A stretch of DNA of 64,000 nucleotides from an uncultured Methanoregulaceae archaeon (GCA_963737635.1 CAVTTL010000001.1:1728001-1792000), one strand, 5' to 3'. Positions 1 to 10,672 are shown, numbered from the stretch's first letter. A program made the numbers and translations. The notes: a model not told the origin generated them from the letters alone.

Positions 1-526
1 ATATTCAGGTATTCTGTCTCCTGTCATATCAGATCCGCGAGTGGTTTCTACGGATGAAGAGGAACAGAACCTCTGGAGTTCCGTGTTTCCGTTGATTAGG
101 GTGATCATCTCTTTCCCGGCACGCAATGACGGTTTCGGAGGTGCCCGGTAGAATGCCAATCCCTTTCAGACTCGATCTGCAAAGCACCGGATCTATGCTT
201 TTATTGAGGAGTTAAAGTGCTGGCCATAAGCGATGTGAAAACGATCGTCAGCCGGTGGCCATTTGGATGCGGTGATCCAAATGGAGTTCCAAAAAATAGA
301 AAGTGACCACGAATTTTTAAGCACAGAAACGCATGCCAGGGCTCTCATTGGATTACTTAGCGAAACCTGTGCCCTTCCACCATTTCCTATGGGGCTGGAA
401 GATTTTTTTCCAGTTTGGTGAGGATTTTTTCCCGCATACTTAATCTGATGGGGAGCGGTAAAAGTCATAAGGGTTAAACGAGTGGAAAAATGCAATAACC
501 GCATTTCCATAAGGAGATGATGATTC

Positions 527-838
527 TTGATACTTGTTGATGCTCGGATTCTCCTTGTGCCGGAACGGCACCGGGTGTTTATTATGGAAGCAGAAAAGAT
601 CATGCCACTGGTCCGCAGCGAGGCCGGTTGCACCAGATATGAACTTGTTGCTTGTGTGACCTCTCCTACGGAAGTGCATTTTCTTGAAGAGTGGGAAAGC
701 CAGTGTCATCTCGACAACCATCTTGTACAGCCCCATATGCAAGAATTTTTTGCAAAGACCGCACCATGGCATGCGGCCCCTACAGAATTGAAGATCTACA
801 ACGTTCTGTCATCGCAAATGATCACAATGGATGATTGA
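527..838 (+). CDS. Antibiotic biosynthesis monooxygenase (ABM)/putative quinol monooxygenase family protein
   Basis: 103 aa with VRSEAGCTRYEL...FLEEWES..HL..H..QPH pattern; GGAGA RBS-like sequence just upstream. Confidence 0.85.
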   Translation: MILVDARILLVPERHRVFIMEAEKIMPLVRSEAGCTRYELVACVTSPTEVHFLEEWESQCHLDNHLVQPHMQEFFAKTAPWHAAPTELKIYNVLSSQMITMDD

Positions 839-935
839 CGTGGTGGTTTTGATACGTTAGCGGTTGAAATCGATTTTCCACTTCGGTAAAATTATCCTAC
901 CGATTACCAAAACAATAGTATCTATACCAACACGC

Positions 936-2252
936 TCATTTCTGCTTTTTCCTGAAGTGCAAAATTACATAGACGATACCGATGATCAGGCCGACGAGGA
1001 CGGTGATATCGACGGGATTGGACACGATTCCCTGGATTCCGGCCAGGTTTTTGACATCGATAGAAACTTTCATCGGGTCGGAGACGTAGGTATCGTCGAG
1101 TGCGTCATTGTACCGGATCTCCGTATCCAGGCCGTATTCCTTAATTGTCGCGTCGCTGGCGACACTCATCTGGTAGGAAGCCACTGCGGACTGACCCGGG
1201 GCGAGATCACCGAGATAAGCGATATCGGACGAACTGGTAAAGGGATCGACCACGCTGATACGAGCTTCCGCGCTGTGGACGGTAGAATCCCCGGTATTCA
1301 GGTATTCGACCTGGATCGTCCGTTTACTGCCCGGGCTCATCTCCACCGGGGAGGACAGGACCGAGAATGCGACTTTGCTCCCGACGTCAACACCGACCGT
1401 CTGGGTCTGGGAGGTAACAAAATCGCCTTCATTGTCCTGGTAGACCACGACAACGTCGACCGGATAAGTCTTGTTGATGGCATCCGATGCCACGGCGACC
1501 TTGTACTGGCAGGCCACGGTACTGCCGGCCGGGAAGTCGCCGATATAGACGCTGGTGTCCACCGGGCTGACCGGGCTTGCAGTATCCTGGAGAATCTGGA
1601 CGGTCGCCTTGGACCCGTCCAGCGACCCGATATTCTTGATGGTCAGGTTGACGTAACCCTGGGCACCGGCGACCAGCGAATCGGACGTTGCCGTGACTAC
1701 TGCCGGGATTACTTCAGACTTGATCGACACCGGGACGGTGACCGTTACAGTATACGGCTCGTAATAATACCGGACCGTGTCGAGACCGTACTGATCGATA
1801 TTCGTATACTGGGTATAACTGATATTGAGCGGAATCTGGTAGGTGCCGCCTTGTGCATCGGCATTGACCTTCGCGGAAAACGTCACCGTCGCCTGATCTT
1901 CGCTCGCAATATCACCGACCATCTGGGGATCGCTTTTGATCACCACCGGCGCATCTCCGGACCCCATCGCGACCGTGACGAACTTCGCCGTCGTGGGGAT
2001 ATCGGTACGGTTCACGATGTTGGACGATACCTCATAGTTCGTGCTGATACCGGTGTTCTGGATCACGACCGGGATCGCAATCTCGCTCCCGGCCGTATAC
2101 TGGTTCGTACCCGTTATATACGCCGTCAGGTTCGGGCTCCCGTCAAGGTATTTGGTCCCGGCAAACGCCGGGGTCACAAGACACGCAATAAAAACGAGGA
2201 GGATCAAGACCGTCCTGCCATTTTTTGCATTATGTACCATAGGAATCACCAT
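936..2252 (-). CDS. COG1361 S-layer-domain/CARDB-like cell-surface protein (paralog 1)
   Basis: Signal peptide, repeated Ig-like NTG/YxGDL motifs, C-terminal TM helix plus basic tail. Confidence 0.8.
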   Translation of the reverse strand: MVIPMVHNAKNGRTVLILLVFIACLVTPAFAGTKYLDGSPNLTAYITGTNQYTAGSEIAIPVVIQNTGISTNYEVSSNIVNRTDIPTTAKFVTVAMGSGDAPVVIKSDPQMVGDIASEDQATVTFSAKVNADAQGGTYQIPLNISYTQYTNIDQYGLDTVRYYYEPYTVTVTVPVSIKSEVIPAVVTATSDSLVAGAQGYVNLTIKNIGSLDGSKATVQILQDTASPVSPVDTSVYIGDFPAGSTVACQYKVAVASDAINKTYPVDVVVVYQDNEGDFVTSQTQTVGVDVGSKVAFSVLSSPVEMSPGSKRTIQVEYLNTGDSTVHSAEARISVVDPFTSSSDIAYLGDLAPGQSAVASYQMSVASDATIKEYGLDTEIRYNDALDDTYVSDPMKVSIDVKNLAGIQGIVSNPVDITVLVGLIIGIVYVILHFRKKQK

Positions 2253-2261
2253 GTTCTCTCC

Positions 2262-3556
2262 TCATTTTTTCTTTCTCATCACAAACGTGTAGTACCCTGC
2301 CCCGATCACGACAAGTACGATGAGCGTAAGGGCTATCGGAGCCTGCCCGAATCCACCGGCTGCCGTGGGATCAGCGACAGCGACATCTGCGGTGAAGGTA
2401 TCGGAAACCTGGCTGTTATCGAGGTCGTCACGGTACCTGACCTCGGTATTGAGGGGATAGGTCCCCGGAGCAGCCCCGCTCGCGGCGGAGAGAGCGTAAT
2501 GGGCGGTCACTTTCCCACCGGGCGGGATATCCCCGAGGTAGGCGAGCGTATCCGAGCTTGAGAGCGGCCCATAGGTCGAAAGCCGGGCTTCGGCATTATT
2601 AGCCACGATCGCGCCCGTATTCTGGTATACTACATCAATCACGCTGTCAGATCCCTGCGTGATCACTGCCGGAGGTGATGTAACGATGAAGGAAAGTTTA
2701 CCCGCCACCGGGATGCCGACTGTGTCAATCGCCGAAGTCACCGTATTCCCGTCGGCGTTCGTGTAGGTCACTTCAACATCGATCGGGTAGGTCTGCTGCT
2801 GCGCGGCGCTGGATACGGCGACCTTGTACTGGCAGGTAACAATGCCGTCCCGGGGGAAATCCCCGACATAGACGCTGTCGTCAGTTGGGATGATAGCGCT
2901 GTTCCCCTGCTGCAGGATTTTGACCGTTGCCTGGGTCCCGTCCTCGTATCCGACATTCTTGATAGTCAGGTTGATGTACCCTTCCGTCCCGACCGCAAGG
3001 CCGGATGCATTGGCATCGAGCACGTCAGTCTGGACGACCGGTTTAATCATAACCGTGAGCGGGATCGTCAGGGTCACGGGAGCGTACACGGCCTGGACTT
3101 GGTCGCTCGTAGGCTGGTTGGCGAGACTGTTGGAGAGATAGGTATACTGGACTGTTAGGGGAAGAGTGTATTCACCGAGCGTCGCATCTGACGTGATCTT
3201 AGCCGAGAACCTCGCGGTGGTGATCCCGGGGCTTTGGATATCGCCCAGGTTCTGGGCATCCGTCGTGATGTTGATAGGAGCTCCGCCCGAGGTGAGTGCT
3301 ACCGTGACCAGTTTCGCAGTGGTGGGCAGGTCGGCCTGCGGCAGGGTTCCCTGGTTGGTGTAGGTTACCGCGGTTGTCCCGCTGTTCTGGATGTCGACGG
3401 TGATCGTCGCGGTCTGTCCCGGGTAGAACTCATTGGTGCCGGCAAGGTAGGCCGTTATCTGGGGCGAGCCCCCGACGTATTTTTCCTGGCCCAGCGCGGG
3501 CATGATGCAGAACGGTCCTCCTAGATCAAGAGAGCAAATGGGGTGTAGGATTTCAT
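2262..3556 (-). CDS. COG1361 S-layer-domain cell-surface protein (paralog 2); 1-nt frameshift in signal-peptide region
   Basis: Paralogous to both neighbours; true start is probably ATG 3556 (MKSYTPFALLI...), joining the main frame after restoring one base near 3522. Confidence 0.75.
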
Positions 3557-3568
3557 GGAATGTGCCTC

Positions 3569-4942
3569 TCACCGTGGTTTGAAGCGTTTGACGTAGATCA
3601 CGTAACCGGCGATAGCGAGCACTATGAGGACGATAGCGATAAGGCCCGGGAGTCCGATCAGGGAGACGACGGTTTTAGTCGGTACCACTTCGACGTTAAC
3701 CTTGAGGGGGTCGGAGGTGAACTGGTTATCGAGTGCATCGCGGTAGAGAACCTCGGAGTCCAGGCCGTATTCTTTCACGGTTGCATCCGGGTCGACAGAG
3801 ACGGCAAAGGAAGCGGTGCGGATATCGCCCGGCGCCATCGTGCCCAGGAAGGCGGTATCGTCGTTGCTGGTAAAGGGGTCGACAGCACTGATCCGTGCCT
3901 CGGCGTTATAGGCAGTAATGCCGCCGGTATTCTGGAACTGGACGGTAATGACGGCGTTAGCGCCGGGAGTAACGTTTGCCGCGATGGGGGTAACTGCAAA
4001 GTCGACTTTCTGGCCGACCGGGACCCCGATGGTCTCGATAGGCGAATCCACGTAGTCCCCTTCGTAATTCTTGTAGTAGACCAGTACGTCGAGGGGGTAG
4101 GTCTTCTGCTGGGCGTCGCTAGCTACCTGGGCCCGGAACGTGCAGTTGGCCACCGCCCCGACCGGGAAATCGCCGACATAGAAACTACCGTCGGTGGGGG
4201 TGACCGGGCTCTGGCCGTTCTGCTGGATCCGGATCACGGCGTTCTGGCCGTCGTCAGACCCGACATTCTTGACCGTTAAGAAAATATATCCTTCGATCCC
4301 GGCGTTCAGGCCTTCGGTCTGCACGCTGGGAACCGCGATCTGGACTTCGGGCTTAATCGTGATAGGGATGTCGATGGTCTCGTTGACGTTCTTGTACTGG
4401 TAGTTCAGGGTCTCGGTGCCTTCCTGGTTGGCCTGGTACAGGTACGTGTAATTCAGGACGACCGGGATCTGGTAGGTCCCTGCCGAGGCATACTGGTTGA
4501 CCGTAATATGGAAGGTGGCGGTGGCGCTCGAACTTGCCGGGAGGTCCCCGACTATCTGGGGTGAGGCTTTGACCACCAGCGGGGCGTCCCCGGCGTCCAG
4601 CGTCGCGGTCAGCTGTTTTGCCGTGTTGGAGAGATCGCTCGGGCTGATGATGCCGGACTCGACGATCATAAACTGGTTGAGCCCGGTGTTCCCGATGACG
4701 ACCTGGAGGTTCACATCGTCTCCCGGCGAAAACTCGTTGGTGCCGGCGATGTGCGCGTCCAACTGGGGGCTCCCGGCCATGATCTGCGTCCCGGCCATCA
4801 CCGGCGATACGGCGCAGAGTGCCAGTACGATAGAAATAAGGCACAGGAGCCGCGGCAGGCTGGTCCGATGCCTGAAACAGTACAGTCCTGTCCCGGCGGC
4901 ATTCTCCCTAATAGGAGGTGTATTTCGACTTATCTCATTCAT
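3569..4942 (-). CDS. COG1361 S-layer-domain cell-surface protein (paralog 3)
   Basis: Same architecture (GSPQL..GTNEF, KEYGLDSEVLYRDALD), C-terminal TM. Confidence 0.8.
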   Translation of the reverse strand: MNEISRNTPPIRENAAGTGLYCFRHRTSLPRLLCLISIVLALCAVSPVMAGTQIMAGSPQLDAHIAGTNEFSPGDDVNLQVVIGNTGLNQFMIVESGIISPSDLSNTAKQLTATLDAGDAPLVVKASPQIVGDLPASSSATATFHITVNQYASAGTYQIPVVLNYTYLYQANQEGTETLNYQYKNVNETIDIPITIKPEVQIAVPSVQTEGLNAGIEGYIFLTVKNVGSDDGQNAVIRIQQNGQSPVTPTDGSFYVGDFPVGAVANCTFRAQVASDAQQKTYPLDVLVYYKNYEGDYVDSPIETIGVPVGQKVDFAVTPIAANVTPGANAVITVQFQNTGGITAYNAEARISAVDPFTSNDDTAFLGTMAPGDIRTASFAVSVDPDATVKEYGLDSEVLYRDALDNQFTSDPLKVNVEVVPTKTVVSLIGLPGLIAIVLIVLAIAGYVIYVKRFKPR

Positions 4943-5423
4943 TTAGAATCCTCGAAAAAGTTGTATAAATCTCAATACAGATTGAAATTACTTATACATA
5001 AATATTTGCTATATTGATTATAAACAATAATTATATGCATGTACGTTACATTTAAACCGCGCTTTCAATTGATAAATGAGTTTAGTCGATTTTTTTTATC
5101 ACTGATAGTATACAAGAAATTTCTATATTGTCTCTCTGTAATTTACAAAAATTTGCAAATTACATCCAGTGTTCCGACATCATGAAAATTCGTCCCCGGG
5201 ATCTTTTTAGGGGAGATCGTGATTTCCCATATTCGAAATGGCATCCGGGTAGCAGAGGCCACTCGAACTAATTTTTGATGGATGTGACAAGGGTGAGAGG
5301 GCGGAGTGTACCGCCGTCATCATGTTTCATCCGTTTACATTAATGCTCCGAAATTTTGGTTCCAGATCCCGGGTTTGGCGTCCCATATATCGGGTTCTCT
5401 CCTTTCGTGAGAGATTCTCTCTG

Positions 5424-5814
5424 TTATTCCGATACTGTCCGGTTTGCAGCCCAGTATATTGTCCTGATAAGTTGGTAGATCGGGTTTTTACTCGGTGATA
5501 CCTTGCTGATGAAGTCTGAATGCACCATTCCGGTAAGCCTCTTCTTTTAGTTTGGGAGAATTGTCTGCAGTGAAAAGAATAAACGGGGCTGTTTTACCTT
5601 GTGAGTGCAACTCCCTGAGTAACGTAATCCCATTCATGCCGCCCGGTATGGCATAGTCAGAAACAATTACATCCACGGTTGACATAGACAACCATTCAAG
5701 TGCATATTCCCCTGAATTAAAGGTCTGTACGGTAAATGCACCGATCCTTTCGCAGAATGCAGCAATGATCGTACAGGTATCCGGATTACCATCGATGTAA
5801 AGGAGATGAATCAT
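5424..5814 (-). CDS. Stand-alone response regulator receiver protein (frameshift near 5516)
   Basis: LLYID, VIVSDY.IPG.MNG, PFILFT; removing one base restores GAFDFISK...ending at TAA 5424. Confidence 0.75.
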
Positions 5815-6242
5815 CAGAACGCCTCACGTAAAATGACCTCCCTTGGATTGATCGCAGGTGAATAATCGCAAGCGTCGTATCAGGGAGTGGAAGATGGTTC
5901 GTGAATTATAACAGCAATAGGGTTAGTTTGATGTTCATGCCCCGTTATTTCATTCAGGTCGTTTACTAGCATTCTTCACCTATAGAATGTTTAAAGTTAT
6001 TGTATATAATCATTCTTAGTGTTTATTATACACAAGTATCGGAAATGTGTCCGCTACATAACCCTGGATGAAAAAATGAAAATCAACACTGTCAACATCC
6101 TCTTCATTAATATAGACACAGAAAACCCCATGGGGGCACAGTAAAACGTTTCCTAAAATGTTCCCTCCCAGAGGTACTAATATAATAGTTCAGTCACTGA
6201 AGCTTTTTCTGATGCCTATGCCAGAACAAGAGCAGATTTCTT

Positions 6243-7580
6243 TTATTCGCGTTTTTCGAGTGTGGATATCTGATCTGAAAGTTCCTTTTCACGGAGGGCA
6301 AATGCCGTTACATCGGTCATCGTAATGTAGGTGCTTACAGTCTCTCCATGGCGGACCGAATTGACATGTCCATATATGCATCGCTTTTCGCCATCCTTGC
6401 AGCGTATCCAGCTCTGGAATGTGAGCGGAGGTTCTGTGCATGTCATGGATTTCTTTAAAAGATCCATCATATTCTGAAGGTCTTCGGGGGTTATGAGATT
6501 ATGGGGGTTCATCGCGGACAGTTCTTCCGGGGAATATCCGCTGATTTCTGTGAGACGCCTGTTGGAATAAACCAACTGTTCGTTCTCGATGATCATAAGG
6601 CCATCCTGAACGTTCTCTGCCATCATTCTGAATCGCTGTTCGCTTTCAAAAAGGGCCGCGTCTTTTGACACCAATTCGGTGACATCAGTCATGATGACAA
6701 ACTGGTAAAGGACATTCTCATGCTGAAGACTGTTTACCCGGACATACACATTCCTGTATACACTATCTTTTCTCCGGATTCGGGCCTGAACGTCAAAATG
6801 GCCGGGATGATTACGTTGTTCCATGAAGGACTCCACTACACCCCGGTCTTCCGGTGTGATAATGGTGAGGGGTTCCATCGCCCACAATTCTTCAAAAGAA
6901 TACCCGGTAATCTCCGCAAAACGATTGTTCACAAACGTGTTTTTTCCATTCTCAAGAATGAGTAGGCCGTCCCGGATGTTTTCTGCCATCATCCGGAACC
7001 GCTCTTCCCTTTCCCTAAGTTCCCGTTCCCGCAGGATCTCATCGGTGATATCAGAAAGGATAATGGTGACTCCCCTCGCACCATCGTCAAAGACGGTGGG
7101 AATGGATTTTTGTTTGAAGATGCGCTCGCCGGCTTCTTTTACCTGGAATGAGAGGGTGCTTTCTCTCTCCTCTGAAGGTGTTGTTATGAGCGAATTGACA
7201 AGCTCGTGTACATCAACCTCGGGAGATTTGAGATATGCAAGGTTTTTCCCCATCGCCTCCTTTCGTGCGAGGTGCAGCAGATTGAGGAATTTGTCGTTGA
7301 TATCTACTATGCGGGAATCCTTGTCGAGGACCATAATCAGATCCTTTGAATAACTGAGTACCGCCGAGAGTGGAACTCTTTGCGAGAGGGTAAAGACCTT
7401 TGCCATTCCATATGTCCGCATGTCCACCTGCCCGGAGATCAGGAGGATATCGAGATAGCGGCCGGTCGTGTTCTTGTTCTTGTTGAGTGCCTTTGCTATA
7501 TCGGTGACACTCATGCCTTCCGGATTCTGCCTAAGAAGATCCTTTATCTGGCTGAGTTCCTGGGGGTAGTTCTGCATCAT
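6243..7580 (-). CDS. Winged-HTH + multiple PAS domain one-component regulator
   Basis: N-terminal HTH (MSVTDIAKALNKNKNTTGRYL), three PAS repeats (EERFRMMAENI, N.RF.EITGYS.EEL); no kinase H-box. Confidence 0.85.
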   Translation of the reverse strand: MMQNYPQELSQIKDLLRQNPEGMSVTDIAKALNKNKNTTGRYLDILLISGQVDMRTYGMAKVFTLSQRVPLSAVLSYSKDLIMVLDKDSRIVDINDKFLNLLHLARKEAMGKNLAYLKSPEVDVHELVNSLITTPSEERESTLSFQVKEAGERIFKQKSIPTVFDDGARGVTIILSDITDEILRERELREREERFRMMAENIRDGLLILENGKNTFVNNRFAEITGYSFEELWAMEPLTIITPEDRGVVESFMEQRNHPGHFDVQARIRRKDSVYRNVYVRVNSLQHENVLYQFVIMTDVTELVSKDAALFESEQRFRMMAENVQDGLMIIENEQLVYSNRRLTEISGYSPEELSAMNPHNLITPEDLQNMMDLLKKSMTCTEPPLTFQSWIRCKDGEKRCIYGHVNSVRHGETVSTYITMTDVTAFALREKELSDQISTLEKRE

Positions 7581-7736
7581 GTGAGTTTGTCAGTTTCCTA
7601 TGAATGTGTATAATCAAATTAGCACTTATAATTATTGTTGATTATAAACATGAATGGTAAATAAGAGTAAAAACTATATAGAAAAACGATAAATGTAATT
7701 TTGTAAATTTTTGATCAGTGAAAAGAGGAAAAAAGT

Positions 7737-8423
7737 ATGGTTTCTGTATTTGGTAGTGTATTAGATCAATGGAATAGTACCGTTATAACGTACGTTCCCG
7801 GTATTGTAGGTGCACTTGTCGTTCTCCTTATCGGTTGGATTGTCGGTCGCCTGCTCGGCAGGGGAGTCCGTATCGTTCTTGATAAGATCAGCGAACAGCA
7901 CATCGTGGAAGAAGGTGCCGATGTGGCATCGATCCGCGGGTCATTCAAGAACGCCGGGATTACAGTCGGGTACATCGGGGATATCGCAGTCCGTATCGTG
8001 GTATACCTGATTGCCATCCTTGCGGCGGTGAATATCCTGAATCTGGACTATCTCAGCCAATTAATGATGGCGATTGTCGAATACATCCCGCATGTTGTAG
8101 CATTTGTAATCATTTTCGTCGTGGGGTTCCTTCTCATCGATGCGTTTATTGATTTCCTTAACCGGTATTACTCCCAAAAGAATGTCCAGTTCATCTCACC
8201 GGTCCTGGTTATTCTCCGGATCTTTTTGTATTTTGTAACGGCCGTCCTTGCACTCTCTCAGTTGCAGATCGATCTCACCATCATCTACACGTTCGTGACA
8301 CCAATTGCCTGGGGTATCGGAATTGGTCTTGGTGCTGCGATCGCCATCATCGTCGGGTTTGGGCTCAAAAACCGCAGTGAAGCGATCATGGATCAGGTGC
8401 TTGGAACAATAATGAAAAAGTGA
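7737..8423 (+). CDS. Conserved TM-helix repeat membrane protein (MscS-associated TM helix family)
   Basis: Two YxPxIVxAxxxLxIGW-like repeats, multiple TM segments. Confidence 0.75.
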   Translation: MVSVFGSVLDQWNSTVITYVPGIVGALVVLLIGWIVGRLLGRGVRIVLDKISEQHIVEEGADVASIRGSFKNAGITVGYIGDIAVRIVVYLIAILAAVNILNLDYLSQLMMAIVEYIPHVVAFVIIFVVGFLLIDAFIDFLNRYYSQKNVQFISPVLVILRIFLYFVTAVLALSQLQIDLTIIYTFVTPIAWGIGIGLGAAIAIIVGFGLKNRSEAIMDQVLGTIMKK

Positions 8424-8585
8424 AAACAACATTTTCTACTATTAACCACTGGCAAGGTGGAGGGGGAGCGGGGACGAGTAAATCCGGTGTATTCTATCGG
8501 CCGGATTTCTCTTACGTTCCCCGATCATCGTATTTAACGAATTTCCACCTCGTACCGGAGAAAAAGATATAATGGAGATCCTATC

Positions 8586-9272
8586 GTGAAGAAGACACGT
8601 GTACAGCTTATCCTTCTCGTTATGCTCACCCTGATATTAGTCCCTGTTTCTGCAAGTAATGGGAATACAACCAATTCAACCATTGTCCCTACAGTAACAG
8701 AAACACTTCTGACTACAACGATCACATATCCGGTGAACATCACAACAACGGTGATTTCGGCAAATGCCACATCTGTCCCTTTAACCACGAATACTTCGGG
8801 ATTAAATTTATCATCGGTGACCGTCAATCCCACGGGACCTTCAGGTTCATCAACGGGAAATCTTACGGTTGCCTCATCACCGTTAGGAGCAAGCATCCTG
8901 ATTGACGGCGTTCTCTATGGAAATACGCCGGAAAACGTGACCGGCATCGCTACGGGGAATCATATCATCAGACTGACAATGAGCGGCTATTATGATTATG
9001 AGGGGACGATCTATGTTGTTCCCGGCCAGACGATGGATGCATTCGGTACACTCCAACCAGTAAGTGTTTCGAGCGGATCAGTCCAACAAACGTCATCGAC
9101 TATTGTGATAACAACGAGCCCTGCAGCTGTTGTCACAGTACAACCAACGGTAACCACGTCAGAATCACTGTCCGATAATCCGACCATTATTGCTGCACTT
9201 ATCGGTATTGTTACTGCGTCTATCGGTGCTTTTGCAGCGTTATATCCGCATTTCTCGAAACCAAAAAAATAA
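8586..9272 (+). CDS. PEGA domain, Thr-rich membrane-anchored protein
   Basis: Signal peptide; GNLTVASSPLGASILIDG..GNTP PEGA motif; C-terminal TM. Confidence 0.8.
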   Translation: MKKTRVQLILLVMLTLILVPVSASNGNTTNSTIVPTVTETLLTTTITYPVNITTTVISANATSVPLTTNTSGLNLSSVTVNPTGPSGSSTGNLTVASSPLGASILIDGVLYGNTPENVTGIATGNHIIRLTMSGYYDYEGTIYVVPGQTMDAFGTLQPVSVSSGSVQQTSSTIVITTSPAAVVTVQPTVTTSESLSDNPTIIAALIGIVTASIGAFAALYPHFSKPKK

Positions 9273-9349
9273 TAACATAACGAGCGGCAAAAAATTCTCG
9301 GAGTCCTATGGATCTATGAAGAGAAAACCAAGGAAAAGGGAAGAATACG

Positions 9350-9910
9350 ATGAACGGACGACCAGAGGAATCTCTTAAAATAGAAAACATTGTTGCTTCC
9401 GCAAAGGTGACCGACCATCTCGATCTACGGGTCATTGCCTCTCAGATCAAAGGTGCGAAATATAATCAGGAGCGGTTTCCTGGTGTCGTTCTGCATATGC
9501 AATCTCCAAAGATTGCCGCGCTCGTTTTTAAATCGGGGATGATTGTGATGACCGGTGCAAAGAGCATTGACAATTTTTCAAACGGTCTTGAACTACTCGG
9601 AAACAAGCTCCGCAGTCTCGATATCGATATACCGAAAAATTTACCCTATACGATCCAGAACATCGTCACCTCTGCCGATCTTGGCCTTGCTATAAATTTA
9701 AACAAGATCGCAGTAGGTCTTAATCTCGACAGGATCGAGTATGAACCCGAACAGTTCCCGGGCCTCATCTATCGGCTCGAGAAACCCAAGGTTGTGGTTC
9801 TTCTCTTCAGCTCCGGAAAGATGATCATCACCGGTGGTAAAGATCCCGACGATGCAAAGAACGCTCTCCTCCAAATAATATCTAGTCTTACCAGGGTCGG
9901 CATGATGTGA
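9350..9910 (+). CDS. tbp: TATA-box-binding protein
   Basis: Two TBP repeats: IENIVAS...YNQERFPG...FKSG and IQNIVTS...YEPEQFPGLIYR...FSSGKMIITG. Confidence 0.97.
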   Translation: MNGRPEESLKIENIVASAKVTDHLDLRVIASQIKGAKYNQERFPGVVLHMQSPKIAALVFKSGMIVMTGAKSIDNFSNGLELLGNKLRSLDIDIPKNLPYTIQNIVTSADLGLAINLNKIAVGLNLDRIEYEPEQFPGLIYRLEKPKVVVLLFSSGKMIITGGKDPDDAKNALLQIISSLTRVGMM

Positions 9911-10084
9911 TTGATCTGATGCATCGTGTCCGGGGCAGCGTCTTGTCCGAGAGGGCATTCATGCAGGGAAAACATCAGATCCCGGATATCCGGGATTGGG
10001 ACCACTGGGTCTTTTCCGGCTGCATTTATAGAAAGAATGGCCTATTCGCAGAATTTATCGGTTCAGCGACCGAACAAAATCAGT

Positions 10085-10672
10085 ATGCCTTCAGCGTCAG
10101 AACCTGTGCCAACCATCGAATCGATGTACCGGCGGAAGGATGGCAGAGTCCTGATTGAGATTAAGCTAACGTCAGTAAGCCAGCTCTTCAACTCCTTCGA
10201 TCCCGCTCCCTTCTATGAGAAAGAGCTCGACACTGATGCGGAAGACTATATTGTGGATACGGTACAGGACTTTCCGGCAAAAACAAAATTCATGATCCAT
10301 ATTTATCTCCCTCCCGCTCTTGTGGCAAGCGAGGAGGCAAAAAAGATCATTCCAGCCATCCACAACCATTTCCGGTACCGGATGCTTGTAACGGAACGGA
10401 AATTCCGGCTGAAAATCCGGTTTGGCCGGTTCAGTCTTCTTATCGGGCTCTCATTCTTGGCAATCGCTCTTGTCGCAAGCCAGCTGGTAGCGACTATGAA
10501 TGCGTATCTCATTGCTCAACTCCTCTCCTATTCACTTTTGATCATCGGTTGGGTGGCAATGTGGCAGCCAATCACTGTGTTCCTGTACGATCTCTGGCCG
10601 ATCATCCGGCTTAAGAAAATCTACGAAAAGATTAGTACGATAGAGATCGAGATCCTCCCCCTTTCCGGTTGA
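10085..10672 (+). CDS. Conserved hypothetical membrane protein (start uncertain: 10037 or 10085)
   Basis: LFNSFDPAPFYEKELD motif, two C-terminal TM helices (GWVAMWQP). Confidence 0.7.
   Translation: MPSASEPVPTIESMYRRKDGRVLIEIKLTSVSQLFNSFDPAPFYEKELDTDAEDYIVDTVQDFPAKTKFMIHIYLPPALVASEEAKKIIPAIHNHFRYRMLVTERKFRLKIRFGRFSLLIGLSFLAIALVASQLVATMNAYLIAQLLSYSLLIIGWVAMWQPITVFLYDLWPIIRLKKIYEKISTIEIEILPLSG

Noticed and set aside
1-520. Possible partial gene start (minus ATG at 27, MTGDRIPEY) and short ORFs
   Set aside because: Too short or featureless to support
864-2561. 565-aa + strand ORF and other long antisense ORFs (3560-4279, 21001-22287, 46654-48264, 52192-53154)
   Set aside because: Shadow frames opposite well-supported genes; no motifs; expected from codon bias
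3521-3523. In-frame TAG after MKSYTPFALLI as possible pyrrolysine/readthrough
   Set aside because: Homology resumes in a different frame, so this is an indel and not stop recoding; the other breaks examined behave the same way
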